Notes under the pieces: model-generated
What the model was told of the DNA's origin: nothing
Seen by the model: only the letters and a program-made list of their open reading frames with translations
The model's database searches: none
Made by a program: the position numbers and the translations under genes
NCBI GenBank assembly: GCA_015655215.1
Contig: JAATFL010000013.1
Coordinates: forward strand, 371 to 64,370
DNA from: Coriobacteriia bacterium
GTDB lineage: Bacteria; Actinomycetota; Coriobacteriia; Coriobacteriales; RUG033
Length of the DNA stretch: 64,000 nucleotides
Direction: 5' to 3'
Part shown: positions 35,919 through 45,418 of the stretch, piece after piece
Layout: each line of letters starts with the position of its first letter
Position numbering within the stretch: position 1 is the stretch's first letter

Positions 35919-36734
35919 ATGGCAATCCAATGGCCCCTGCTCGTCTTTGGCCTTCTGGCTGGCTGTGGTGGTGGCATGCTCGCGTTCATCGGCCTGTCCG
36001 AGATCTTCGGCGTCGCGAAGGGATCGCGCCTCATCGCCGTCATCATCGCCCTCGTCCTCCTCGTCGTGGGGGGCTGCGCCTCCGTGCTCCATCTCGGTCA
36101 GCCTGCCAACATCATGGCCGCTGCGGCGAACATCTTCTCGTTCTCGGGCATCTCGGTGGAACTCATCTTCCTCGGCATCAACGTCATCGTCGCCCTGGTC
36201 TACCTCGTCATGCGCAAGCGTGAGTCGTCCGAGGGGTCCATCAAGGTCGTCGCCATCATCGGGATGGTCACCGGCATCTGCATGGCGTTCGTGGTGGGCA
36301 ACGGCTATGTCATGGAGTCCCAGCGAAACTGGAACACCGTCGCGCTTCCCCTGAGCTACCTTGCATCCGGTCTCGCGATGGGGGGTACGCTCTTCGTCGC
36401 CCTCATGGTGGGCAAGAAGGAGGATGTCGCCGAGGTCAAGAGGATGAACGTCTGGGCATTGGCAGCCCTCGTTCTTCAGGCGGTCATGTTCCTCGCCTAC
36501 GCCGTGCTGACGGGCTTCGTCCTCGATGTCCTCGTCTTCTGGGGTTGTGCCATCGTCATCGGCACGGCGGCGGCCATCGTCTGCACGGCCATGGTCTCCA
36601 AGAATCCCAACCTGGCCTATGGTGCCGTGGCCTGCTCGGTCGTCGGCGGCATCGCGCTGCGCGCAGCCATGTGGCTTGCCGGGTCGGGCTTCCTTGCCCT
36701 GTTCGCCGTCGCCGCAGTGCGCGGTGTCCTCTAG
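35919..36734 (+). CDS. DmsC-like membrane anchor subunit
   Basis: ATG immediately follows the upstream TAA. About 8 hydrophobic helices. The DmsC-like N-terminus AIQWPLLVFGLLAGCGGG matches my recollection of the family. Confidence 0.8.
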   Translation: MAIQWPLLVFGLLAGCGGGMLAFIGLSEIFGVAKGSRLIAVIIALVLLVVGGCASVLHLGQPANIMAAAANIFSFSGISVELIFLGINVIVALVYLVMRKRESSEGSIKVVAIIGMVTGICMAFVVGNGYVMESQRNWNTVALPLSYLASGLAMGGTLFVALMVGKKEDVAEVKRMNVWALAALVLQAVMFLAYAVLTGFVLDVLVFWGCAIVIGTAAAIVCTAMVSKNPNLAYGAVACSVVGGIALRAAMWLAGSGFLALFAVAAVRGVL

Positions 36735-36877
36735 GGTCAACCCGCTTCGCCTCTCCTGTGTGGGAGTCGTCCTCGTACTCCGGTGCACCGGTCCCGTCGG
36801 GCGAGGGGCATGGCATCCTTGGGGAGGGGCAATAGATTGCAAGATCACAAGCCGCTCAGTAGGGAAGGTTGATCACC

Positions 36878-37618
36878 ATGGCCGTTGCAGAGAAGGTCGC
36901 GCCCAAGGCATCCGAAGGCGACGCGATCGAAGAGAGGGGCACCGATCTGACGGAGATGCTCGCCGCCCTGGAGGGCAGGGCGGAGTTCTACGAGACCCTG
37001 TCCTACCTGTACTTCAAGCCCCTGACGCAGGAACAGGTCGATAACATGGCACGGGCGGACTTCTCCGCCTTTGCGGGGATCGGCGATGGGTTCGCCTCGG
37101 GCATCAGGGATGTCACGGTCTACCTGCGCAAGCGCAACACGGGTACGCGCCAGGAGCTTGCCGTCGACTTCACCTCCGCGTTCGCCGGGACGAAGACCTA
37201 TGAGGGCAGGTCGGCCGTTCCCTATGAATCCGTCTTCACGAGCGAGGAGGGGCTGCTCTTCCAGAAGGGTTACCAGGAGGTCTTCTCGACCTTCAAGAAG
37301 TCCTCCCTCAAACTGCGCGATGGAATCGACTATCCCGACGACCATCTTTCCTTCATGTGCGAGTACATGGCCATCATGAGCCGTCGCGCTGCGACCGCCC
37401 TGGAGACTCCGGGGGGCTGCGAGCGGGCGCGGGCGGATATGGACGCCTCACTCGCGTTCCTGACCGATCACATCCTCTCATGGTTCGACGATTTCTCGGC
37501 GGTGGCAAACCTCATCCTGAAGACGCGTTTCTACCAGGGTGTGCTCCGGATGAGCAAGGCGTTCTTCGAGTTCGACCAAGAGCTGCTCGCCGACCTGCAG
37601 GCGGAGATGAACGACTGA
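36878..37618 (+). CDS. TorD/DmsD-family redox-enzyme maturation chaperone
   Basis: ATG 36878 lies 9 nt after AGGGAAGG. Family-typical EGRAEFYETLSYLYFKPLT ... DYPDDHLSFMCEYMA. Confidence 0.85.
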   Translation: MAVAEKVAPKASEGDAIEERGTDLTEMLAALEGRAEFYETLSYLYFKPLTQEQVDNMARADFSAFAGIGDGFASGIRDVTVYLRKRNTGTRQELAVDFTSAFAGTKTYEGRSAVPYESVFTSEEGLLFQKGYQEVFSTFKKSSLKLRDGIDYPDDHLSFMCEYMAIMSRRAATALETPGGCERARADMDASLAFLTDHILSWFDDFSAVANLILKTRFYQGVLRMSKAFFEFDQELLADLQAEMND

Positions 37619-37649
37619 CCGTCACCGTGCGCGACCGGAAGGACTGACT

Positions 37650-38330
37650 ATGGGCAAGACGGCATCGGGCGCGAAGGGGGAGAGCGAGACTCCCCCTTTG
37701 CCCGAGGTGGGGCCGACCTCGGTGGGTATCACGAGACGAGGCGTGGTCGTGGGTGCAGCCAGCGTGGTCGCCCTGATCGCCGTGGGCGGGATCGGCAAGG
37801 CGTTGACGGGCGAGGCCCGGTTGCTGCGTCCGCCCGGAGGTCAGCATGCCCGTCTCTTCGATGGTTCGTGCATCAAGTGCGACCGCTGCCGTAGCGTGTG
37901 TCCGACTGGTGTCATCGACGTCGCGCACGTCGAGGATGGCCTCATCCATGCGCGTACGCCGAAGATGGACTTCAGGAAGGGCTCGTGCAATTTCTGCGAC
38001 GGCGCGTTCAGATGCGCGCAGAACTGTCCCACGCAGGCCCTTACCTTCGGTTTCGACCCCACCATCGACAAGCTCGGCATGGCGGTTGTCGACAGTGATG
38101 AATGTCTGCTCTACCGCTCCGGTTCGGGCATGTGCTCGAAGCAGTGCATCACCGCGTGCACGTATGGTGCGCTCTCACTCGATGAAGGCGGGCGTCTCGT
38201 CGTCGACGAGGACCGATGCAACGGTTGTGGTGCCTGCGAGCACGATTGCCCCTCGAGCTCGTATGTCAGCTACACCGGTTCGGGCAGACGGGGAATCAAC
38301 ATCGAGGCCTGGGAAGGGAACGCGTCATGA
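37650..38330 (+). CDS. NapG/MauM-like Tat-signal polyferredoxin
   Basis: ITRRGVVVGAAS signal. Four Cys clusters: CIKCDRCRSVCPTG, CNFCDG..CAQNCP, C..C..CITAC, CNGCGACEHDCP. Confidence 0.8.
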   Translation: MGKTASGAKGESETPPLPEVGPTSVGITRRGVVVGAASVVALIAVGGIGKALTGEARLLRPPGGQHARLFDGSCIKCDRCRSVCPTGVIDVAHVEDGLIHARTPKMDFRKGSCNFCDGAFRCAQNCPTQALTFGFDPTIDKLGMAVVDSDECLLYRSGSGMCSKQCITACTYGALSLDEGGRLVVDEDRCNGCGACEHDCPSSSYVSYTGSGRRGINIEAWEGNAS

Positions 38331-39256
38331 AGAAGATGAGATCACCCATCGCCCGGGGGATCGTCTGCCTCGCGATGTTCGCGCTGGTGGCCGTGGGGCT
38401 CATCTGGAGCACCGGGACCGGAACCCCCTCCTCGCTCGGCCTCGACTTCATCGCGACCATCTGCCCGCTCGGGGCCCTCGAGTCGATGCTCGGCTCCTGG
38501 AGTTTCATACCTCGCGCCGCCATCGTGCTCGTCGTCATGGTCGTCGGCATCCTCTTCCTGGGGAAGGCCTTCTGCGCATGGGTCTGCCCCATCCCCCACA
38601 TCGGCGACTTCTTCAAGTCGAAGGAGAGGAGGAACGCCGAGGCGGCGCACCGCATCGGCGAGGTCGATGCGGCCTTCGAGAGGCAGGCGGAAGGTGCCGT
38701 CCCCGAGCGAGGGGCCTTCGACACGAGGCACGCCGTGCTGGGTGGGGCGCTGGTGTCGACGGCGATCTTCGGGTTCCCGGTGTTCTGCCTCGTCTGCCCG
38801 GTCGGCCTGTCGTTCGCCTCGTTCATCCTGCTTTGGCGCTTCGTGCAATTCAACGAGCCCACATGGGGGCTCGTCATCTTCCCAGCCGTCATCATCATCG
38901 AGGCGGTCGTGCTCAAGAGATGGTGTCGCAAGATATGCCCACTCGGTGCGTTCTTCTCCCTGTTCTCCAGGTACAACAAGACGCTGCGCCCGACGGTCGA
39001 CACCAGCACGTGCCTCCAGACCACCGGTGCCAGCGCCTGCAGGGCCTGTCTGCACGTCTGCCCCGAGCAGGTGGACCCCATTCGCGATTGGGGAGAGCGT
39101 CCCATGAGCGAATGCGTCAAGTGCCGCACTTGCGCGGATGTCTGCCCGGTCGGTGCCATCACCCTCCCGTTTCTTCCCGGGCATGGGCGAGACGACCAGG
39201 AGGATGGCGGTCAACGGGTCGGCGAGACCTCGGTGCGGACGCAGGACGATGCGTAG
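38327..39256 (+). CDS. NapH/MauN-like membrane Fe-S protein
   Basis: ATGA overlap with the upstream gene. TM helices carrying CAWVCPI, CLVCPVG and CRKICPLG. C-terminal CRACLHVCP and CVKCRTCADVCPVG. Confidence 0.8.
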   Translation: MKKMRSPIARGIVCLAMFALVAVGLIWSTGTGTPSSLGLDFIATICPLGALESMLGSWSFIPRAAIVLVVMVVGILFLGKAFCAWVCPIPHIGDFFKSKERRNAEAAHRIGEVDAAFERQAEGAVPERGAFDTRHAVLGGALVSTAIFGFPVFCLVCPVGLSFASFILLWRFVQFNEPTWGLVIFPAVIIIEAVVLKRWCRKICPLGAFFSLFSRYNKTLRPTVDTSTCLQTTGASACRACLHVCPEQVDPIRDWGERPMSECVKCRTCADVCPVGAITLPFLPGHGRDDQEDGGQRVGETSVRTQDDA

Positions 39257-39292
39257 GGGATGATTCCCCGTGGGGATGTGGCATGGCCGTCG

Positions 39293-39335
39293 ATGGCGGG
39301 CCCTGTTGGAAGGTGGTTCCAACAGGGCCCGCCAT
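39293..39335. terminator. 19-bp perfect hairpin (core GGCGGGCCCTGTTGGAA-GGTGG-TTCCAACAGGGCCCGCC) between convergent operons
   Basis: Read directly. It lies between the stop at 39256 (+) and the stop at 39371 (-). Candidate bidirectional terminator. Confidence 0.55.
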
Positions 39336-39370
39336 GGTACCTCATGTGAATCGGATGCCGATGAAGGCCA

Positions 39371-39970
39371 TCAATCGTGGCAGGTGTGGCACTGGTAGAC
39401 CTTGGCGTGATGGCACGATATGCACTTCTCCGGAGCCAAGGTGTCCGCGGTGTCCGTCGAGTGCATCTCATGGCAGTCGATGCAGGTGATCGCGGCGTGG
39501 TCGTCGTTCACCGGCAGGTCGTGCGGGTTGACCGTCGTACCCTGCGAGTCGGTGCACACGGTCACGTCCGCCGTGGCCGCCGCGAGTTCGGTCTTGTCGT
39601 GACAGTCCAGGCAGATGCTCTCGTCGACCGTCGTCTTCTTGAGCCTGGTGGGCGTCTTGGCCGTGGCCATGTCCTCGTGCGCGGTTGCCAGCGCATCGCT
39701 GTCGTCGTGGCACGTGGTGCAGGTGACGCCTTGTGCCACGTGCTTGGAGACCAGGCATGCGCTGTCGGACATCGAGGACGCCTCGGTTGCGTGACACGTC
39801 GTGCAGTCGACGTCAGGTGACCAGGTCGTCTGAACGGTCGTGTCGTTGGAGCTCGACGACACGGAGCCATCTTGACTTTGCGACACGCCGCTACAGCCGA
39901 CGACGACGGATAGGATCAGTGCCGCGATGGCGAGACCTGCCAACCACGGCCTCTTGTCAACCCTCTTCAT
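39371..39970 (-). CDS. Hexahaem c-type cytochrome, predicted lipoprotein
   Basis: ATG 39970 lies 5-6 nt after GGAGGG. Signal peptide with lipobox VVGC. Six CxxCH motifs: CTTCH, CTTCH, CLDCH, CIDCH, CISCH, CHTCH. Confidence 0.9.
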   Translation of the reverse strand: MKRVDKRPWLAGLAIAALILSVVVGCSGVSQSQDGSVSSSSNDTTVQTTWSPDVDCTTCHATEASSMSDSACLVSKHVAQGVTCTTCHDDSDALATAHEDMATAKTPTRLKKTTVDESICLDCHDKTELAAATADVTVCTDSQGTTVNPHDLPVNDDHAAITCIDCHEMHSTDTADTLAPEKCISCHHAKVYQCHTCHD

Positions 39971-40089
39971 AGTCACCCTCCTCTCTCAGGTGCTCGTCGA
40001 TGGTACGTGGTCTATACGTCTGGTGCTTCCCCGCATACGAGAGGCAGGCAGCGCGAGACATGCGGCTCATACGCCTTCGCGGGAAGGAA

Positions 40090-41715
40090 CTATGCATCCC
40101 AGTCACTGAGCGCTGCGGCGTTTGCGCCGGCCCACAGCCCGGTTTGCATGGCTTCGGCGAGGTTGAAGCCCCCGTTGTAGACCCAGCCCCACCCGGCACC
40201 GCATTCCCCCACGCTGTAGAGGCGTGGGATAGGTGCATCGAATGGGTCGAGCGTCTGTGCCTTCTCGTTGCGCTTGGGGCCGCCCTGCGTGTTGTATTGA
40301 GTGGGATAGCTCTTGAACGCGTAGTAAGGGCCGGCTCCCACGGGGGTGAGGTCGGTGCGTCCGAACTCCGGGTCTGACCCGAGGGTGCAGTAGCCGTTAT
40401 AGTCGGTGACGGTCTGTGCGAGGACGGATGGGTCGACTTCCATCTTGCCGGCGAGCTCCTCGATGGTGTCGCCTTTGAGTATCCAGCCCTTCGCGACCTC
40501 CGCCGAGTTGTCGGAACTCCAACTGTAGCCGCTGTGAGCTGCAAACCACGTGAAGGTCGACATCATGCTCGTGCCCGTGCCCTTTCCGATGGGGCCTGCC
40601 TTGGCGGTCGCGTCGTCGAAGACGCTCCAGTAGGGCAGACGTGGCCACTCGCACTTGATGCCGTCATACCAGTAGACGTACTCGCGCTTGCCGTAACCGT
40701 GACGGTCGTCGCGATCTTCGGGCATGAAGCGCTTGCCGTACTTGTCGACGTTGATCCAGCCGAGATGGGCGGCGAGCGTGCAGTTCGCGGTCACGTCGTC
40801 GGAATCGTAGTCGCCGCCACCAAAATCGAGGCCTTGGCAGACCATCGCGCAACCACCGGCATCCGAGGCGTTCATGTGCCACAGGGTCGCGCCGACCTTC
40901 TGGCACATCTTGATGCCGTCCCCCGTGTTGTAGGGAGTGCCCCGGCTGTACGTGGGCCAGCCTGGATATGAGTTCTCGATCATGCCGTAGTCGAACTCGT
41001 AACCTCCGGTCGCGACGATGACGCCTCTCTTCGCCTTCACCTTGATGTCGCCTGAAGAGGGTGCGGCGAGCACTCCGATGACCTCGCCCGCAGAGTTCTG
41101 GACAAGCTCCTTGCCAGGGCACTCGTTGACGATCTCGATGTTGTCGTACGAGGCGGCACCGGCCCGCAACGACTCCCACAGCTTGCCATCACCGGCGGTC
41201 TTGTTGACATAGCAGACGAGCGTATCACCACCGGCAAGGGCCGGCTGCTCGGGCGAGAAGATGGGCGAGACCGTCAGGTCCATATCGGGTAGGTCTCCGA
41301 CGAAGTCGTCGTTGATGTTGACCAGATCGGTGGCGAGAGCCTTGAGATACGTGTCCTCGACGTCCCCCGTCAGTTCGCTGGCGTCCTTGTAGTAGTCGAA
41401 ACCCTTGGTGGCATCCTTGGGGATGGTCCAGCAGTTGCCGGATACACGGGTGTTGCCGCCCTCCTCCTCGGCACTGGCCTTTTCGAGAACGATCACGCTA
41501 GCCCCGGCGTCTGCGGCGCTCATGGCAGCCGACAGGCCACTGGCCCCGTCGCCGAGGACCACGACGTCGGCCTCCTTGTCCCATGTCGTGGTGTCCGTGC
41601 CATTCGAAGTGGTGTTGCTGGAGCAACCGGCAAGTGCTCCGGCGAAAGCCCCAACGGTTCCGACTGCGGCAGCCCCTTTGAGGAAGCTGCGGCGTGAGAG
41701 TCCCTCGGTGACCAT
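40090..41715 (-). CDS. Tat-exported FAD-dependent oxidoreductase, fumarate-reductase/flavocytochrome-c flavoprotein family (predicted lipoprotein)
   Basis: ORF trimmed to MVTEGLSRRSFLKG (ATG 41715, SD GAGAGGAAAGGGG). Lipobox LAGC. DVVVLGDGASG. Confidence 0.9.
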   Translation of the reverse strand: MVTEGLSRRSFLKGAAAVGTVGAFAGALAGCSSNTTSNGTDTTTWDKEADVVVLGDGASGLSAAMSAADAGASVIVLEKASAEEEGGNTRVSGNCWTIPKDATKGFDYYKDASELTGDVEDTYLKALATDLVNINDDFVGDLPDMDLTVSPIFSPEQPALAGGDTLVCYVNKTAGDGKLWESLRAGAASYDNIEIVNECPGKELVQNSAGEVIGVLAAPSSGDIKVKAKRGVIVATGGYEFDYGMIENSYPGWPTYSRGTPYNTGDGIKMCQKVGATLWHMNASDAGGCAMVCQGLDFGGGDYDSDDVTANCTLAAHLGWINVDKYGKRFMPEDRDDRHGYGKREYVYWYDGIKCEWPRLPYWSVFDDATAKAGPIGKGTGTSMMSTFTWFAAHSGYSWSSDNSAEVAKGWILKGDTIEELAGKMEVDPSVLAQTVTDYNGYCTLGSDPEFGRTDLTPVGAGPYYAFKSYPTQYNTQGGPKRNEKAQTLDPFDAPIPRLYSVGECGAGWGWVYNGGFNLAEAMQTGLWAGANAAALSDWDA

Positions 41716-42105
41716 ATGCGACCCCTTTCCTCTCGCCCTCTGACGAGGGCATCCACATGCCCAGGCCCCACGACGACGAAGCCGATCCTTGGCGCTTATG
41801 TATGGTGCGACTTCGCGATTGGGCTTCCCGGTGGGAAGAAGTTTCCCAATGGGCACCATATGGGCGAAGGGGGATGCTGCATAGCAGTATTTGGTTGCAG
41901 GGTCTCAACGTCTGTTTGTAGAGAAATGAAGGTTACTTTATGTAGATACACTGATAATGGTCGGAAAAGTAGGGGTGAGTGTATCGAAATCTCCGGTAAG
42001 GGAACGGTCCCTCTTTCACGCAGGGCACTAGTGGGCGCCGGGTTAATCGGATACCATACGAGTGGGGTGGGGCAAGCGGTGGCGGGGTTCACCATGGGGA
42101 GGCGC

Positions 42106-43077
42106 ATGATGGGGGAGTTCGATGTCCGTGAGTTGAGATACTTCGTTCAAGCGGCCGTCACCGGAAGCATGTCGAAGGCGGCCAAGGACCTCTTCGTGTC
42201 CCCGCAGGCTCTGTCGAAGGGAATCCAGACGCTCGAGAGGAAGCTGGAGGTGCCCTTGCTCGAGCGGAATCAAGGTGGGGTTACCCTTACCGTGTTTGGG
42301 TCTCGGTTCATAGGGAAGGCCCAGGCCACCCTGGAGGACATCGATGCATGCGATCGGATAGCGGAGGAGTACCTCTCCGGAATGGTGGGTAAGGTCTCTG
42401 CCTGCATCCCCCCTGGATGTTTCGAACCCCAGGGTGGCACCATCGATGGCAGGCAGTTGTTGCGATTCCAGCGGGATCATCCCTCCGTGACGTGCACGTT
42501 CTCCGAGGTATCGCCCAATGTGGGGCGTAGGGCAGTGCTTGCGGGCGATGTCGACTTCACGGTGAGTGCCGGGCATCATGATACGCAGCGTTTCGATGGG
42601 TCCCGGTTGTTCGACTACCCGTTCTCGGTCGTCACGGCGAAGTCCAGCCCTTTGGCCCGTAAGGCGGTCGTCTTTCCCGAGGACCTCTGTGACGGCACGC
42701 TCGTGCTTTCGGCAGATGATGGCTACTATGACGATTTCGCCCAGGGACTTGCCCGGGAGCGGGATGGGGAAATCGACATCTCGCCCGTGCGCGTCGGGTT
42801 GAGGAGCGCTCTGCGGATGTTCATCGAGAACAGTGGTCTTTATATGGTCATGCCCTTGCAGCATGCGTTGCGTACGGTCTCGTCAAACGAGGGGGCCGTC
42901 ATCCCCTTCATCGATGAGAACGGTCCCATCTGCTTGCCGCTCTATCTGCTGTGGCGTAAGGATCGTGAGCTCTCCGGCATCAACCTTCAATTCCACGACT
43001 TCATCGTGACCCTCTATGAAGAGGCCCATCGGTCAAGGACGAGATGTGTCCCGTCTGGGGCTGCGGTGAGTGCATAG
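42106..43077 (+). CDS. LysR-family transcriptional regulator
   Basis: HTH LRYFVQAAVTGSMSKAAKDLFVSPQALSKGIQTLERKLEVPLLER. ATGs at 42094, 42106 and 42109 are all possible (GGGGAGG upstream). Confidence 0.85.
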   Translation: MMGEFDVRELRYFVQAAVTGSMSKAAKDLFVSPQALSKGIQTLERKLEVPLLERNQGGVTLTVFGSRFIGKAQATLEDIDACDRIAEEYLSGMVGKVSACIPPGCFEPQGGTIDGRQLLRFQRDHPSVTCTFSEVSPNVGRRAVLAGDVDFTVSAGHHDTQRFDGSRLFDYPFSVVTAKSSPLARKAVVFPEDLCDGTLVLSADDGYYDDFAQGLARERDGEIDISPVRVGLRSALRMFIENSGLYMVMPLQHALRTVSSNEGAVIPFIDENGPICLPLYLLWRKDRELSGINLQFHDFIVTLYEEAHRSRTRCVPSGAAVSA

Positions 43078-43108
43078 GAGGCGATCGACACGTTTTGTGC
43101 GTACTCCC

Positions 43109-43531
43109 TTAGTGCCCCTTGTGCTTCTTCGCACGTTTCAGCTGGTGCAGTTCGAACTTACGGCGCGCCGCATCTCCGCGTTCCTCTCGCGTGAGGGTCC
43201 TACGTTCCTCCTTACCCTGCTCGTATTGGGTCCTGAGAACCTGCTGCGCCTTGGTGCCGACGCCCCCGCCCTCGGTGGCTCTCTTCGCCTCGCGCTGGGC
43301 TCGCTTGGGATTGCCGTGCTCGACGAAGCCCGGTCCGTCGGCCTCGACGGCCTTTCCAAATCGCAGCCTGTTGTAATTGCCCAACAGGAACTCGTAGATC
43401 TCGGCGTCGCTTGGCTGGGGCCCAAAGGTTATCTTGCACACCTCGTAGAGACCGGCGACGGTCCGCTCGTAGACACCCACCCAGAACTGGCCGTCGTAAT
43501 AGACGGTGAGTACGGACGTAACATCACGCAT
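43109..43531 (-). CDS. YjdF/DUF2992 family protein
   Basis: ATG 43531 follows GAGGAGGG. Family-typical LTVYYDGQFWVGVYER and a basic Lys/Arg-rich C-terminus. Confidence 0.75.
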   Translation of the reverse strand: MRDVTSVLTVYYDGQFWVGVYERTVAGLYEVCKITFGPQPSDAEIYEFLLGNYNRLRFGKAVEADGPGFVEHGNPKRAQREAKRATEGGGVGTKAQQVLRTQYEQGKEERRTLTREERGDAARRKFELHQLKRAKKHKGH

Positions 43532-43753
43532 GGCTATCCCTCCTCTATGGTTTGCCGCATCGAGAAGGGACAACCAGGGAGGCAGGTTACTGACAGCGCG
43601 TCGTCGCTGCTCCCGGACTACCTACCGGGACGTGTTTTTATCTCAATGGGGGAATTCTAACACGGCGACCATCTGGATGACAGATGGTCGGCAACAAGAT
43701 ACCCAGGACCGTCATGTGACGGTCCTGGGTTCACCGTACGTCCGACTGACTGC

Positions 43754-45418
43754 CTACTTCGAGGCGAGGGTCTTCCCGACGAAGTAGCCGGTCGTGATGT
43801 TGCGTGTATGCGAGAGGCCGTTGAGGTTGTGCTGGTAGGTGTTGTAGTACATCGAACCAGCCGTCAGCCCGAGGGCATAGAGTCCTTCGATTGGACTCAG
43901 GCTTTGATCGAGTACCTGGCTGTTCTCATCGACCTGAAGACCTCCTACCGTGCAAAGCCCCAGGGTCAACTCCTTCGTGGCGTAGTAAGGGGGCGTGTCG
44001 ATGGTCATCATCATACCCCCTGGGAACATGTAGTCGGTATCTGCGCCCGCCGCTGCCATTTCGTTCCAATGCTGGATGGATGCGACGAAGGTGTCTTCTG
44101 GGACATCCATCTTCTGCGCAAGCTCTCCTAGCGTGTCTGCCTTAAGGGCCCCCGTGCCAGTGGCCGCCTGTACCCAGGATTCCTTCGGTCCATACGGGGA
44201 CGAGGAGGGGGTCCAGATCTTGTCGATCTTGCTTGCAAGGTTTCCATCGACCACATAGTAGCAGTATGCACCTGGCTGGTTTTGTATCGCCATGGCCACG
44301 TGGTTGTATGCCTCGTATTCCGCAGTGAAGCGCCTCCCCAGCTTGTTCACGCGCAGATAGGGCATCAACTGCTCTGGATCGAGCATGAGCGCCTGAGGGT
44401 ACTCATCCTCTATGGCGCCTGCTGCGAGGCCCATCAGCAGCCCGTCTCCGGTGCTCTCCGATGCCATGGTGAGCCAGCCGCCGATGGCAAGGTCGCGAGG
44501 TCGGCATCGCTCCTCGAGCATCTCGGGGTTGAACTCATAGCCCCCCGTCGAAAGGACCACGCCCTTGGCGCAGTCGTATCTCTCGTAACCCGCATCGCTC
44601 TTGACGATGACGCCGGTCACCGTATCTCCATCGACGACAAGCTGACAAGCCGGGCAGTTATAGCGAATCTCGGCACCGGCCGCGGTGATGCAATCGGCCA
44701 AGGTCGAAGGTAGGGACGTCACGGCGATGGGGAGGTTGAACATGGTGTTCCATGAGCGTGAGAGCGAAGTCTTGTCATAAGGCTCACGGAAGTCCGGGAA
44801 ATCACCTGCAGCGAAGGTCAGGGGGTAGGCGTCATCCGTCTTGCCAAAATGGCCGATATACCAATCGACGGCCTCGCCGTTATGCTCCAGCCAGAAGCGA
44901 TAGAGATCTTGATTGCCATGGTAGCTGCAGTTCACCATGGCGTCGTCGAGCCATTCCTTCCTGTCGTATGCGACTCCCCAGTACTTGTGGATGCGACTGT
45001 CCGTCCCGCTGAGCGTCGCGGAGTTGTAGTTGCCGGCTGCTCGTTTCTCCACGGCTACCGTACGGAGTCCCTGCTCGGCGCAGGACAAGGCCGCGGCATC
45101 ACCGGCAGGCCCAAGGCCACACACCACCACGTCGACGTCATGGGTCGCGACGATATCGCTCTCCGGGATGGTGTCCTCGACGAACGCGATGGTCCCCTCA
45201 CCGGCTGCCTTTGGCTCGAGATACTCGATGCTGGGCCAGACCGCCTGCGAGACATCCTGTGTTTGCCTCGGTGTGGGGGCAGCTTCCTCCGTCGAACCTG
45301 TGCCGTTCTCCAGGGCGCATCCAGTCAGACCCAGGGAAGCGGTCGCACCTACGGCCAGCGTGCACTGCAAGAACGAGCGTCGGCTCAAGCCCTTGCCACT
45401 GATGATTCTCCTGTCCAT
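43754..45418 (-). CDS. Tat-exported FAD-dependent oxidoreductase, fumarate-reductase/flavocytochrome-c flavoprotein family (predicted lipoprotein)
   Basis: SRRSFLQCTLAVG signal followed by lipobox LTGC. DVVVCGLGPAG. Confidence 0.9.
   Translation of the reverse strand: MDRRIISGKGLSRRSFLQCTLAVGATASLGLTGCALENGTGSTEEAAPTPRQTQDVSQAVWPSIEYLEPKAAGEGTIAFVEDTIPESDIVATHDVDVVVCGLGPAGDAAALSCAEQGLRTVAVEKRAAGNYNSATLSGTDSRIHKYWGVAYDRKEWLDDAMVNCSYHGNQDLYRFWLEHNGEAVDWYIGHFGKTDDAYPLTFAAGDFPDFREPYDKTSLSRSWNTMFNLPIAVTSLPSTLADCITAAGAEIRYNCPACQLVVDGDTVTGVIVKSDAGYERYDCAKGVVLSTGGYEFNPEMLEERCRPRDLAIGGWLTMASESTGDGLLMGLAAGAIEDEYPQALMLDPEQLMPYLRVNKLGRRFTAEYEAYNHVAMAIQNQPGAYCYYVVDGNLASKIDKIWTPSSSPYGPKESWVQAATGTGALKADTLGELAQKMDVPEDTFVASIQHWNEMAAAGADTDYMFPGGMMMTIDTPPYYATKELTLGLCTVGGLQVDENSQVLDQSLSPIEGLYALGLTAGSMYYNTYQHNLNGLSHTRNITTGYFVGKTLASK

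Noticed and set aside
35328-36848. 506-aa minus-strand ORF covering the DmsB-like and DmsC-like genes.
   Set aside because: The composition is D/G/R/H-rich with no motifs. The plus-strand genes have textbook Fe-S and membrane features and tight coupling.
37846-39489. 547-aa plus-strand ORF in an alternative frame over the NapG/NapH-like genes.
   Set aside because: The translation is R/P/A-rich and featureless. The other frame gives four ferredoxin Cys clusters and CxxCP membrane motifs with an ATGA-coupled junction.
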